32,000 bases of DNA from Candidatus Saccharimonadota bacterium (lineage in GTDB: Bacteria > Patescibacteriota > Saccharimonadia > Saccharimonadales > Saccharimonadaceae): assembly GCA_016700015.1 (NCBI GenBank), contig CP064995.1, forward strand, positions 630,001-662,000, written 5' to 3'. Both the position numbers and the translations under genes were made by a program. How positions within the stretch are numbered: position 1 is the first letter of the stretch; each line of letters opens with the position of its first letter. The notes below the pieces were generated by a model. That model had not been told where the DNA came from. It saw only the letters and a program-made list of their open reading frames with translations, and made no database searches. This document shows, in pieces, positions 8,507-16,980 of this stretch.

Positions 8507-10486
8507 CTAGCCGAACATATTAGCAATGTTCCTTGCTTTCGTTGCAGCCGTTGCAACATCCATTCCTTCTACACGAAATTCCATCACCCCACTCCGAAGC
8601 GGCACAACGTATCGATCACGGTATTGGGGGAGATCAATACTGCCAGCTTGTAGCGCGCGAATTTTTTCAGTGAGTGCTTCTTCCTGTACTCGCTGCCGTG
8701 CTTCAAACGAGGCTCTATCTTGATTCTGAACCTGCCTTAGCTGTCCATCATAAGAGAGATGCACTGTTCCAGGGTATCCTTCCCCAGCACCAAAAGGATA
8801 TAACATGCTACCGTGCCAGCGCACATCGTCCTCCGTCAGCAATATCATCGAGACATTTCCTTCAGACGTACCCATAGAGCGTCCAAAATCTAGTTCAAAA
8901 TTTTGTGCTGCTTCTTGCTGATCAGCCCTATTCCCTTTAAGAAATACCCTATCTCGACCAAATCGGCCCGGACTGTCGTTTGAACCATTATTTTCACCAT
9001 AAATAACTCCGTCATTCTGAGTAACATCGAGCACGACACCTTTCTTCGCTTCTAAGACCCCATACTCGATGTCGCGTGCCGAATACGGCGCCTGTGCGAC
9101 GATCTCCGCAAGCGGCACCGCGACAGTACCGGGCGAACGATCCGCATTTGCTACAACTGCACCGACTGGCAGCTTGTAGGCGGATGGCATATATTCTTCA
9201 CACCAATGCGAAAGGTTGCTGTGCTGCTCAATAGTGTCGCGATTTGAACCAGTCACAAAGTCGCCCGTTTTTTCATACTGGTGGCCCCTTGAAGCAAGCT
9301 TAAATGAACTCCTGGTTATTTCTGCGAGATTTGGTGTGTTATGAAATAGTAGTTGCCCGGCGTGACGCATATCTTGATGCGCGAGAGCCTTGTGATTTCG
9401 TCGTGTAGCAAGTTCCTGCTCTATGACATATGGTTTAACTAGTTCGCGTCGGTGATAGAGGCTCGCTCCGCCAACGTATTCCCCTGGTTGCTCCTGCCAT
9501 AGCTCGCGCCCGTCCGCTGCCGTGAATAACAGATCTTCGCGTATCGCTGCCTGCCTCACCAATTCATGCAAGGACGCAACCTGTTGGATATCCTCTTCCT
9601 CGAGCGTCATAGCCCCAACACACACTTCATTGAGAAATATACCAGAAATCGCTTCATCTGCAGACTGTAGTTGTTCGCGACGGCTCGTCGCAGTGGTACC
9701 ATCCTGAGCAAGTATCTGGCAGATTGCGTGATCAATTTCGTAGTTACCAGTGATCGTAGGGTTATCAAGCAATATCTGACGTTCATCCCGGCCTATTGTG
9801 CCTTCAGCGCACTTTCGAATAATCTCACCCAATCGATCGTGATCGCGGTAGAATCCATCAATTGCACGCTCTAACTCGGGACTCCTGACAAATTCACAGT
9901 TGTCAATAGCACGCTCGACTCTTTCAGATAGCTCTTCGTGTGCTACCTCACTTTCGGTTACGCTGGCAACTCTTACCTCTGCCTCCCCGCCGCCAAGTGC
10001 CGGCAACTCATATGCACTCCGCGCCTCATTCACAATCCCATGTATACGGTCATTGTGTTCATGATTTGGTACATCGTCATGAATGGCACTGTCGATAGCC
10101 GCCACCACCTTTGCAACCCCATCTGGGTTACTTGATTCAAGGATTGTCAGTGCAGAGCTAATTGATTCAATCGGTAATCTATCGAGTGCCCTTGCGGTAC
10201 GCGGAGAATTCTCTGGGTGCTCGGCCACCTCTAGTCCACCTACGACGCCAGCTGTCACCTCACCGCCACTTCCATCAGCAAACGAGTCAGCAGCTGCCAT
10301 AACGTAGTCACCAACCAGTGCGTCGGGAGTAACACCCAAACCGCCCGCATGATTTTGTAGTGTATCTAGCTCAGCCTGTGCCGTAGCGAAAATACGGCCA
10401 TCTACTGTTTCGCCACTTGGTAGGCTGTTGCCGATCTCAGTCGAAGGAGAGCCGTCTTTACTCTGCGTATACTCTTGGTGGCGCAT
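8507..10486 (-). CDS. Hypothetical 659-aa protein with a possible divergent ADP-ribosyltransferase (PARP-like) core
   Basis: Uninterrupted 1.98-kb ORF; GAGG SD; acidic Gly/Ala-rich N-terminal third; motif string LLFHNTP...KTGDFVT...AEIVA...IEYGVLE (aa ~379-480); no TM or signal peptide. Confidence 0.7.
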   Translation of the reverse strand: MRHQEYTQSKDGSPSTEIGNSLPSGETVDGRIFATAQAELDTLQNHAGGLGVTPDALVGDYVMAAADSFADGSGGEVTAGVVGGLEVAEHPENSPRTARALDRLPIESISSALTILESSNPDGVAKVVAAIDSAIHDDVPNHEHNDRIHGIVNEARSAYELPALGGGEAEVRVASVTESEVAHEELSERVERAIDNCEFVRSPELERAIDGFYRDHDRLGEIIRKCAEGTIGRDERQILLDNPTITGNYEIDHAICQILAQDGTTATSRREQLQSADEAISGIFLNEVCVGAMTLEEEDIQQVASLHELVRQAAIREDLLFTAADGRELWQEQPGEYVGGASLYHRRELVKPYVIEQELATRRNHKALAHQDMRHAGQLLFHNTPNLAEITRSSFKLASRGHQYEKTGDFVTGSNRDTIEQHSNLSHWCEEYMPSAYKLPVGAVVANADRSPGTVAVPLAEIVAQAPYSARDIEYGVLEAKKGVVLDVTQNDGVIYGENNGSNDSPGRFGRDRVFLKGNRADQQEAAQNFELDFGRSMGTSEGNVSMILLTEDDVRWHGSMLYPFGAGEGYPGTVHLSYDGQLRQVQNQDRASFEARQRVQEEALTEKIRALQAGSIDLPQYRDRYVVPLRSGVMEFRVEGMDVATAATKARNIANMFG

Positions 10487-10488
10487 AG

Positions 10489-11046
10489 TTAAGCCTCGGT
10501 CTCGTGTTGCATAAAGTATACTTCCAGATTTTCGATCATATCATCAAGCACAATTGCTTCGTCACTGCCGCTTAGTAGCTCGTATTTTTCATCTCCCGAA
10601 AAACGTGTGGTTTGTGACACAACCGGTGTCTCACGGAGTCGCAAACTAACTGTATCTCCCTCGCTTTGTTCAAAGGTATCGATCCGCAGGTGACGCGGAT
10701 TACGCGAAACAATCTTAACCTTCCGTACTCCGCGATCAATCGAGCAAATGATTGGCAATGTATCGTTGGTCGCACCCGATACTTCTCGAAATCTCGCAAT
10801 CAACCCCTCTAGTTTTTGGCATGCTCGTTCGATGCGCTGCGTCAGCACTTCATGGTCTTGCTTAGCGTGCAGTTGCCGCTCTTCAGCCCACCGTTCCTTT
10901 CGACGTCCTTCTAGCCGCGCCGTCATATCAACCACCACAGCGCCCAATCCATGACGCTCTACAAACTCGTCAACTATCCCATCCATAACAACCCCGCCTT
11001 CATGCAGGGGATGCTCAGCATTGATGGTATGAATATTGCTTGACAT
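10489..11046 (-). CDS. Hypothetical protein (185 aa from ATG 11046; alternative start at 11106)
   Basis: ORF ends 2 nt before the 659-aa ORF start; start chosen downstream of the TTGTCA-17-TATAAT promoter, because earlier in-frame starts overlap promoter elements. Confidence 0.6.
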   Translation of the reverse strand: MSSNIHTINAEHPLHEGGVVMDGIVDEFVERHGLGAVVVDMTARLEGRRKERWAEERQLHAKQDHEVLTQRIERACQKLEGLIARFREVSGATNDTLPIICSIDRGVRKVKIVSRNPRHLRIDTFEQSEGDTVSLRLRETPVVSQTTRFSGDEKYELLSGSDEAIVLDDMIENLEVYFMQHETEA

Positions 11047-11077
11047 AGTTGTTGATATTTGGCGTGTGTTGGTTATA

Positions 11078-11106
11078 ATTATAGTCCGCATACCACCCTT
11101 TGACAA
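11078..11106 (-). promoter_or_regulatory. Promoter of the orphan two-gene operon
   Basis: Minus strand TTGTCA (11106-11101) - 17 nt - TATAAT (11083-11078). Confidence 0.55.
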
Positions 11107-11128
11107 TAGACCGCTACTAGTGTATACT
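11100..11128 (+). promoter_or_regulatory. Promoter of rpmE
   Basis: TTGACA (11100-11105) - 17 nt - TATACT (11123-11128), 9 nt upstream of the rpmE ATG. Confidence 0.7.
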
Positions 11129-11137
11129 GGTGCGAGT

Positions 11138-11458
11138 ATGAAAAGCAGTATTCACCCACAAGACTATCGCCCGGTCGTATTTAGCGACGATATAGCGGGC
11201 TTCGCGTTCTTGACTCAGTCAACAGCGCCAACAACCGAAACTATCAAATGGGAAGACGGCAACGAGTATCCACTTGTCAAAGTCCATATCTCTTCCGCTT
11301 CTCACCCATTCTTCACTGGCGAGGAAAAGATCATCGACACCGAAGGCCGTGTTGACCGCTTCAAGGCCAAATTTGCCGCTGCCGAAGCCCGCAAGGCACT
11401 GCTAGCCAACAAGGCCAAAAAGCTAAACGCCAAAAAAGCCAAAAAGACCGAACAATAA
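11138..11458 (+). CDS. rpmE: 50S ribosomal protein L31 (Cys-less, type-B-like, Lys-rich C-terminal tail)
   Basis: [15 protein letters not shown]...[10 protein letters not shown]...VDRFKAKF; no CxxC zinc motif; the track ORF start at 11036 is an upstream extension. Confidence 0.9.
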   Translation: MKSSIHPQDYRPVVFSDDIAGFAFLTQSTAPTTETIKWEDGNEYPLVKVHISSASHPFFTGEEKIIDTEGRVDRFKAKFAAAEARKALLANKAKKLNAKKAKKTEQ

Positions 11459-11466
11459 ATGTAACT

Positions 11467-11496
11467 AAAAAGATCGTGCTAAATGCACGATCTTTT
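11467..11496. terminator. Bidirectional rho-independent terminator between rpmE and the convergent 321-aa gene
   Basis: AAAAGATCGTGC-TAAAT-GCACGATCTTTT perfect palindromic hairpin, with A/T tracts on both sides. Confidence 0.85.
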
Positions 11497-11516
11497 GTAA
11501 TAGCTGGTTCTTCACT

Positions 11517-12482
11517 TTATGCCAGCCACCCTTGCTGTAGGCACTCATCGTAAATTCGTTCAGCCTGTAGTTGCTCGCGTTTTTCCTGATCGCCAAGCAC
11601 ACCGTCAAAATCACAGACGATACCGATTGGTTGGCCGACCTCTCCGCGCAAATCTCTGATGAGCTCGCCCGCTTGAGCGATTGTAGATGCTTCTAAAATA
11701 TCGTCCCCATGTATACCTTCTTTACGACCATGCCGACCCTGACGTACCCATATACCACGTGCGGTAAATCCGTTTGATTCAAGGATTTGTTGCATACGCA
11801 TGGCGTTACCGAGCCGGTCTTCTAGCACGACAACACTCGTCACATTTTGCCCACGCAGGTGGTCTACGACGCGGCCGATCGCATCTCGAGAAAATTTCGA
11901 TTCGCTAGCTTCCGCAGCAATGAGCCGGTCCACAGCAGCAGTAAGTATCATTTCTCCTGGGTCTTCGCTTATAGATTTGCCTGCTGTCAGCGCGACCGTA
12001 GCCATTGCTTTTTCGACCCCTCGATCAAAAACACCGGTACCGCGAATTTTTTCGAGCTGTTCACCGCTGCCTGGTGCGTCGCCCACGGCATGACGGGTAT
12101 CACCTTCGGTCCAGATGATAGTTGGCCCCGCATTCAGCATCTGATCTACCGCTTCGATAGCTCCCGGAAATTCACAGGCTTTTTGAAATGCTCGATCATG
12201 AACTAAGGCCTCACGAAACCAAACTGAAAATTCTTCACGAGTAGGCACGGTTCGATCTGGATTCATAAGTAACTCATCAATAGGTGGTGCGTACGATTTG
12301 GTAGTTTCATTAAGTTTATACCCAAACAGCGTATCGTACATTGTCATGCTAGCTGCGTACATATTGCCGGTACCATAGCGACCCAGTGCTTCATTCATTG
12401 CATCTTTTAGGTGCGCTTTAATGACCGCTACTGTTGCCTCGTTGCGGTCGTTTTTCGTACTCATTTCATGGTTAACTGTCAT
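11517..12482 (-). CDS. Hypothetical protein (321 aa) with HAD-like motif fragments in non-canonical order
   Basis: GAAAGGA SD; IGIVCDFDGVLGD (aa 286-298; DFDGVL at 11595-11612) resembles HAD motif I but lies at the C-terminus; VVVLEDRLGNAMRM (aa 217-230) resembles motif IV. Confidence 0.6.
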   Translation of the reverse strand: MTVNHEMSTKNDRNEATVAVIKAHLKDAMNEALGRYGTGNMYAASMTMYDTLFGYKLNETTKSYAPPIDELLMNPDRTVPTREEFSVWFREALVHDRAFQKACEFPGAIEAVDQMLNAGPTIIWTEGDTRHAVGDAPGSGEQLEKIRGTGVFDRGVEKAMATVALTAGKSISEDPGEMILTAAVDRLIAAEASESKFSRDAIGRVVDHLRGQNVTSVVVLEDRLGNAMRMQQILESNGFTARGIWVRQGRHGRKEGIHGDDILEASTIAQAGELIRDLRGEVGQPIGIVCDFDGVLGDQEKREQLQAERIYDECLQQGWLA

Positions 12483-12500
12483 AAAATTGTAGTCCTTTCG

Positions 12501-13418
12501 TTATCCGCTTATATGTGGCACCATAAGATGCTGAAAATTCTGAACATTACAGAGAAATTCATCAAGTTTTGCATTAGCTTCCAACGCAGCCCCGGGCCTG
12601 GGCGGCTGATCGTACTCAGCGACATAATCTTCAAATGCTTTTATCGCATAGACGCGCTTTAGTAACTCCTTGGGTTCGTATACGCCATACTCAACGTCTG
12701 GTACCAACTTGTCTCCTTGTCTGACTAAGCGCGAAGCTGAACCGGTCGGGCCAGAAAAGGTATCTTCCATAAAGTGAACGACGGGGTTGCCCATAATTCC
12801 TTTATCTAGTGCACGCATCTGCATCTCGCTACCATCATCGAGATAGCCAGGGATAGACCAATTACGCGAGATGAGATAGCGGAGCTCGGCATCTGCAAAG
12901 CACCGGGCTATTTCGTACTGTATGCTTCCAAACATGCCGATATCTGCTACAAGCGTCGGTTCATCGGGGTTGATACCCAAACCGGTGACATATTCACGGA
13001 TTTCTTCAGTAGTCGAATTTCTCATCAGTTTGCGCGTAAAATATGCGTATGACAATTTCTCGGGCATAGTTTTGTAATAATCGGGAAACTTCTGCCGTAA
13101 GGCTTGGGCGGCTACATAGGGGCCTAGTCCATCGCGTGCTGCAAAAACAATTTGCTTAGTGTCACCGGCTTCTCGCAAAAGTTCATCGGCAAACCCAACA
13201 ATAACTGGCGCGACAAACTCTTTCGTTTTCAGATAGAGTTCGAACGCCTGACTCACGGCTTCATGTTGTTCCGCCAATGGGATATTGCTTACAATCGGGT
13301 CGGCGAGCATTTCATCGAGACGCGATTGTTCGATGCTAGAGACACGATCATTGACACCCCCTTCTCTATCGATGGGAGCAACTTCATGAGTGCGGTTTTT
13401 ATGTGTTACGGGGGACAT
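12501..13418 (-). CDS. Hypothetical protein (305 aa), possibly related to uncharacterised HAD-associated proteins
   Basis: ORF 18 nt upstream of the 321-aa gene; strings IVFAARDGLGPY, LVADIGMFGSIQ and FMEDTFSGPTGS recall (from memory, unverified) the COG5610-type predicted hydrolase family. Confidence 0.55.
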   Translation of the reverse strand: MSPVTHKNRTHEVAPIDREGGVNDRVSSIEQSRLDEMLADPIVSNIPLAEQHEAVSQAFELYLKTKEFVAPVIVGFADELLREAGDTKQIVFAARDGLGPYVAAQALRQKFPDYYKTMPEKLSYAYFTRKLMRNSTTEEIREYVTGLGINPDEPTLVADIGMFGSIQYEIARCFADAELRYLISRNWSIPGYLDDGSEMQMRALDKGIMGNPVVHFMEDTFSGPTGSASRLVRQGDKLVPDVEYGVYEPKELLKRVYAIKAFEDYVAEYDQPPRPGAALEANAKLDEFLCNVQNFQHLMVPHISG

Positions 13419-13444
13419 TTTTATTTTGCTTAGTTATATAACTC

Positions 13445-13473
13445 ATATTAGCAAATTATTTGAATTTTGTCAA
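13445..13473 (-). promoter_or_regulatory. Promoter of the 305-aa/321-aa gene pair
   Basis: Minus strand TTGACA (13473-13468) - 17 nt - TAATAT (13450-13445). Confidence 0.6.
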
Positions 13474-13518
13474 TATGCTGTTGTGATACTACTTGCTAGT
13501 GTAAAAAGTCATTACCCC

Positions 13519-13527
13519 TGTTATAAT
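13519..13527 (+). promoter_or_regulatory. Extended -10 element (TGtTATAAT) in front of the prfA-like remnant
   Basis: TGTTATAAT ends 6 nt before the ATG at 13534; same spacing as at the intact prfA. Confidence 0.5.
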
Positions 13528-13533
13528 AATAGT

Positions 13534-13743
13534 ATGCCGCGTATTGAACTCAACCTCGCCGAACTAAGCGCAGAGAAACAATTAGCGAAGCCGAGATTGA
13601 CGAGATCGAAACAAAGCCCGTGACTATTGAAGATAAGGCCTTCGACATACTCACCCCCAAAAGACTTCAAACATGACAAAGGCATCATCATCAAAATCTT
13701 TGCTAGCACCTATAAGGTAGTTGGCTGTTCTACGGAACTGATT
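13534..13743 (+). pseudogene. Decayed 5' fragment of a release factor 1 gene (prfA-like remnant)
   Basis: MPRIELNLAELSAEKQL (vs prf[18 protein letters not shown]), then in shifted frames SEAEIDEIETK..FDILTP and PKDFKHDKGIIIKIFAS (vs [31 protein letters not shown]); internal deletion of ~60 codons; frameshift at the C5A4 run 13654-13662; truncated by the 293-aa gene. Confidence 0.75.
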
Positions 13744-14625
13744 TTACTGCCCGTTTGTGTCTGGACCGTTATCGGCCTGAGTCTGGCCGTTGTTACGAAT
13801 ACCGTCTTCAAATGCCGTTAAATTACCGCGCGCTGTTTCCAGTGATTCTCGTTGATATGATTGAGCTAGTTCGGCTACCTCAGTGAACCGTCCAACAAGC
13901 TCTCGAGGAGAGAGATCAAAGTAATCGTCACTAATAGCATTGAGTTTACCATTGAGTGCGCTCAGCTGTGTCTCATCATCTATGGTATGGCCCTCGCAGG
14001 ACTTGATAAACTGACTTTTTACACCACTATAGGTAAACTCAACTCCAGGAACAAACACTGAGCTAAGCTTCTCTGAGAAACCACCAAGCTGTGCGAGACC
14101 CTCCTCTGCAAGGCTCACTTCTGATTTTAGGCGTTCGTGCTCAATTGTTGCCTTTTGGAAGTCCTCAACCGTCCACCCTGCGACATCTGGACTGAGGGCC
14201 ACCATCTCCCCGAATGCCTGGCGCAGCCTGTTTTGTGTCTCTCCGAGCTTGCCTCTTGCCGCTTCCGTACGAGCTCTGAGACCGAATTCTCCTTCGGACC
14301 TCGAACTAATCTCCACAGCGTTCTCAGAGAATGCACGTTTACTATTCTCGCGCGCCTTAAGTCTCTCATTACTCAGGGCGTCGCCTAGGCCTCCACGCAA
14401 GTATTCATCATTTGCTTCCTTTGCCCGCTGATTGAAGCCGTCACGCACATCTGTTAAAGTTGCGAGACGATCACGATTTTCCGTCTGCTCGTTGATAGCA
14501 TAGGTTAATGCCGCATCTGCATCGACGGTTTCCGGATGAGAGGCCACTGCTCTCTCAATAAATAGTCGGGCATCATCTTCCTGGTAAGGCCTTTGGCTAC
14601 TACCATCCGACGGCATTTCTGACAT
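13744..14625 (-). CDS. Hypothetical acidic, predicted helical/coiled-coil protein (293 aa)
   Basis: Strong AAGGAG SD 7 nt upstream of the ATG; candidate TTGCTT-17-TACTAT promoter; no recognisable domain. Confidence 0.65.
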   Translation of the reverse strand: MSEMPSDGSSQRPYQEDDARLFIERAVASHPETVDADAALTYAINEQTENRDRLATLTDVRDGFNQRAKEANDEYLRGGLGDALSNERLKARENSKRAFSENAVEISSRSEGEFGLRARTEAARGKLGETQNRLRQAFGEMVALSPDVAGWTVEDFQKATIEHERLKSEVSLAEEGLAQLGGFSEKLSSVFVPGVEFTYSGVKSQFIKSCEGHTIDDETQLSALNGKLNAISDDYFDLSPRELVGRFTEVAELAQSYQRESLETARGNLTAFEDGIRNNGQTQADNGPDTNGQ

Positions 14626-14753
14626 ATACGTTCTCCTTTTGTATTTTTATGTTAGGGGCTAGGTGTAAATAAAGCTTACGATACAATTGTAATAGTACAG
14701 TATGAAAATTACAAAAGCAACTGCCACTTTTTTTGTTTAACGACCATAAGGTG

Positions 14754-14759
14754 TAAAAT
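14754..14759 (+). promoter_or_regulatory. -10 box (TAAAAT) of prfA
   Basis: TAAAAT ends 6 nt upstream of the prfA ATG; no SD in between. Confidence 0.4.
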
Positions 14760-14765
14760 AAGAGC

Positions 14766-15836
14766 ATGCCACGCATCGAACTTAGTATAAACGATCTACG
14801 AGCTGAGAAACAATTGCTCGAAGCTTTTCTTGCGCGCGCCGATGCATATACCGACTCAGCTTTCTCAACAAAACATCGACGATTAAGTGAGCTTGAATGC
14901 ATTGTCGAAAAAGCCACCCAACGTGAGCAGCTCGAGAAAAACCTCGCCGCCGCTAAAGAGCTCTCCAAGGGCACCGACGAACTGGCAGAGTTAGCAAAAT
15001 CAGAAGTGACCGAGATTGAACAAAAACTTGATGCTACTGAAAACGAGCTGTTTGTTATGCTGACTCCAAAGGACCCAAATGATGAAAAAAATATCATTGT
15101 CGAAATCCGCGCTGGTGCTGGTGGCGACGAGGCATCGCTATTTGCCGCCGAACTCTACCGCATGTACCTACGCTGGTGCGAAACTCATAGTTACAAAACT
15201 GAACTCATGAGCGAAAGTGCCAATGAATCGGGTGGCTACAAAGAAGTCATATTCAGTATCAAGGGTGATGCTCCCTATGCTCGTCTCAAATTTGAAGGCG
15301 GCGTTCACCGCGTGCAGCGCGTACCCGTCACCGAAAGCCAGGGTCGCATCCATACCAGCACCGTCACAGTCGCTGTGTTACCCGAAGCCGAAGAGACTGA
15401 TGTCAAGATCCACCAAAATGACCTGCGAGTTGATGTGTTTCGTAGCGGTGGCCATGGTGGTCAGAGTGTGAATACCACCGACAGCGCCGTACGGATCACT
15501 CACCTGCCGACTGGTATGGTTGTCACCAATCAGGACGAAAAATCACAAATTAAAAACCGCGAAAAGGCCATGAGCGTCCTGCGGGCACGACTGTTGCAAA
15601 TCAAAATCGATGAAGAAAATGCAAAGCTTACTGCTGACCGGCGCGCGTTAATTGGTAGCGGCGACCGTAGCGAAAAAATCCGCACCTATAACTTTCCGCA
15701 AGATCGCATCACCGATCATCGGATCGGCTACAGCCGCAGCAATATCCCTGCTGCGATGAACGGTGATATCGACGACATCATCGAGCATCTGCAGGCCTAC
15801 GAGCGTGAGCTCAAAGCCGAAGGTGTAGCAAACTAA
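14766..15836 (+). CDS. prfA: Peptide chain release factor 1
   Basis: 356 aa; PVT tripeptide ([14 protein letters not shown]), GGQ motif ([17 protein letters not shown]), [11 protein letters not shown]. Confidence 0.96.
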   Translation: MPRIELSINDLRAEKQLLEAFLARADAYTDSAFSTKHRRLSELECIVEKATQREQLEKNLAAAKELSKGTDELAELAKSEVTEIEQKLDATENELFVMLTPKDPNDEKNIIVEIRAGAGGDEASLFAAELYRMYLRWCETHSYKTELMSESANESGGYKEVIFSIKGDAPYARLKFEGGVHRVQRVPVTESQGRIHTSTVTVAVLPEAEETDVKIHQNDLRVDVFRSGGHGGQSVNTTDSAVRITHLPTGMVVTNQDEKSQIKNREKAMSVLRARLLQIKIDEENAKLTADRRALIGSGDRSEKIRTYNFPQDRITDHRIGYSRSNIPAAMNGDIDDIIEHLQAYERELKAEGVAN

Positions 15837-15858
15837 AACTTCTATTTTTTAATCTTTT

Positions 15859-16380
15859 CTAAGCATGTATGCCCACGCGAACATTCGAGGCAATCTCCAT
15901 AAGCCTCTCTTTTGGCACAAGCCATGGACGATAGTCTATACCGTCAACCCGCCTGCCTGGTTGCTGGCCAGGTGCCAGTACCTGCGTTTCGCACCGATAT
16001 TTTTTACCGTTATCGAGCTCTACTTCTGTAAACAATTTATCGTACCAACCGAGCGATACAAGTTCCCAATTGTCGATAAGGTGCCTATCGTGGAGACTGA
16101 TACGAAAGAGTGTGCCACATACCGATTCATTAGAGTTCGGCACAATGACATAGCTCGTAAACTCATTACCCCAAGTACGACGCAGCAACTCACGCGGGCG
16201 TAAATCATTTTTTTTGCTATTCGTAATACATTCAAGCGGCTGGACATAAAGCTCATAACCTTTCAATATCGCAGCCCCCACCACCTTTGGTTTACGACCA
16301 GTAATCGCACGAATCATATCAACTTCACGATCCGCTCCGTAACCAAAAAAGTAGACGTACCGTAAGTGTTGAAATACCAT
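15859..16380 (-). CDS. Gamma-glutamylcyclotransferase (GGCT/AIG2)-like protein
   Basis: 173 aa; N-terminal YFFGYGADRE (YGS/T-type motif) and GTLFRISLHDRHLIDNWE (L..lD.yE pattern) as in AIG2/GGCT-fold proteins. Confidence 0.55.
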   Translation of the reverse strand: MVFQHLRYVYFFGYGADREVDMIRAITGRKPKVVGAAILKGYELYVQPLECITNSKKNDLRPRELLRRTWGNEFTSYVIVPNSNESVCGTLFRISLHDRHLIDNWELVSLGWYDKLFTEVELDNGKKYRCETQVLAPGQQPGRRVDGIDYRPWLVPKERLMEIASNVRVGIHA

Positions 16381-16386
16381 ATTTCT

Positions 16387-16392
16387 ATTCTA
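16387..16392 (-). promoter_or_regulatory. -10 box (TAGAAT) of the GGCT-like gene
   Basis: TAGAAT ends 6 nt upstream of the ATG at 16380. Confidence 0.4.
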
Positions 16393-16428
16393 CAGTAATT
16401 CAGCCATACAAGTTAGTGTGTTGCTATT

Positions 16429-16437
16429 TGCTATACT
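16429..16437 (+). promoter_or_regulatory. Extended -10 element (TGcTATACT) of the P-loop gene
   Basis: TGCTATACT ends 6 nt upstream of the ATG at 16444. Confidence 0.5.
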
Positions 16438-16443
16438 AGACGT

Positions 16444-16980
16444 ATGAAATTACCTCATATCATATTCAGTGACGGTGAAGATTTTTTTACTCATTTACAA
16501 AAACAATACCGAACACACTCAAAAGGGCTTTTTATTATGACACCTTCGGGTGCCGGTAAGACATACTTTTGCAAAAAACAGACAGAGCCAGACTGGATTG
16601 ATGGGGATGTCCTATGGATTGATTCTGGCGCGCAACCCCCTATAGAGTGGTGGAATGGTGGCGTACCGATGATTGAACGGGTAGAGCAGCGCTGTGATGT
16701 CATAACAGCGCAAACAGTCGATATGGGGTTGTGGGTTATGGGTTCGGTTAATTCATGGTTGAAGCCCGATGCTATTGTCATACCAAAATGGGAGACATTA
16801 GTGGAGCGCATTCACGCCCGACAAGTTAGTGGTAATTATGATGGTGGCCTTACTGACTCCCACCTCGAACAGCTCAAAACACACCTTTCAATCATCAATA
16901 AATGGCACACTGATTATGGTGTGCCAAAATTTGAATCAATCGAAGAAGCGGTTAGTACTTTGGCAGCCCAAGTCGAGTAA
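16444..16980 (+). CDS. P-loop NTPase / small-molecule kinase-like protein
   Basis: 178 aa; Walker A TPSGAGKTYF; no other recognisable motif; 3' end overlaps the convergent phosphatase gene by 29 bp. Confidence 0.6.
   Translation: MKLPHIIFSDGEDFFTHLQKQYRTHSKGLFIMTPSGAGKTYFCKKQTEPDWIDGDVLWIDSGAQPPIEWWNGGVPMIERVEQRCDVITAQTVDMGLWVMGSVNSWLKPDAIVIPKWETLVERIHARQVSGNYDGGLTDSHLEQLKTHLSIINKWHTDYGVPKFESIEEAVSTLAAQVE

Noticed and set aside
11036-11137. The N-terminal extension of the rpmE ORF (140 aa in the track).
   Set aside because: It overlaps the promoter elements and the divergent gene start. L31 begins at MKSSIHP (11138).
14600-15097. A 165-aa Ser-rich ORF on the minus strand.
   Set aside because: It is antisense to the well-supported prfA and has low-complexity composition typical of a shadow ORF.
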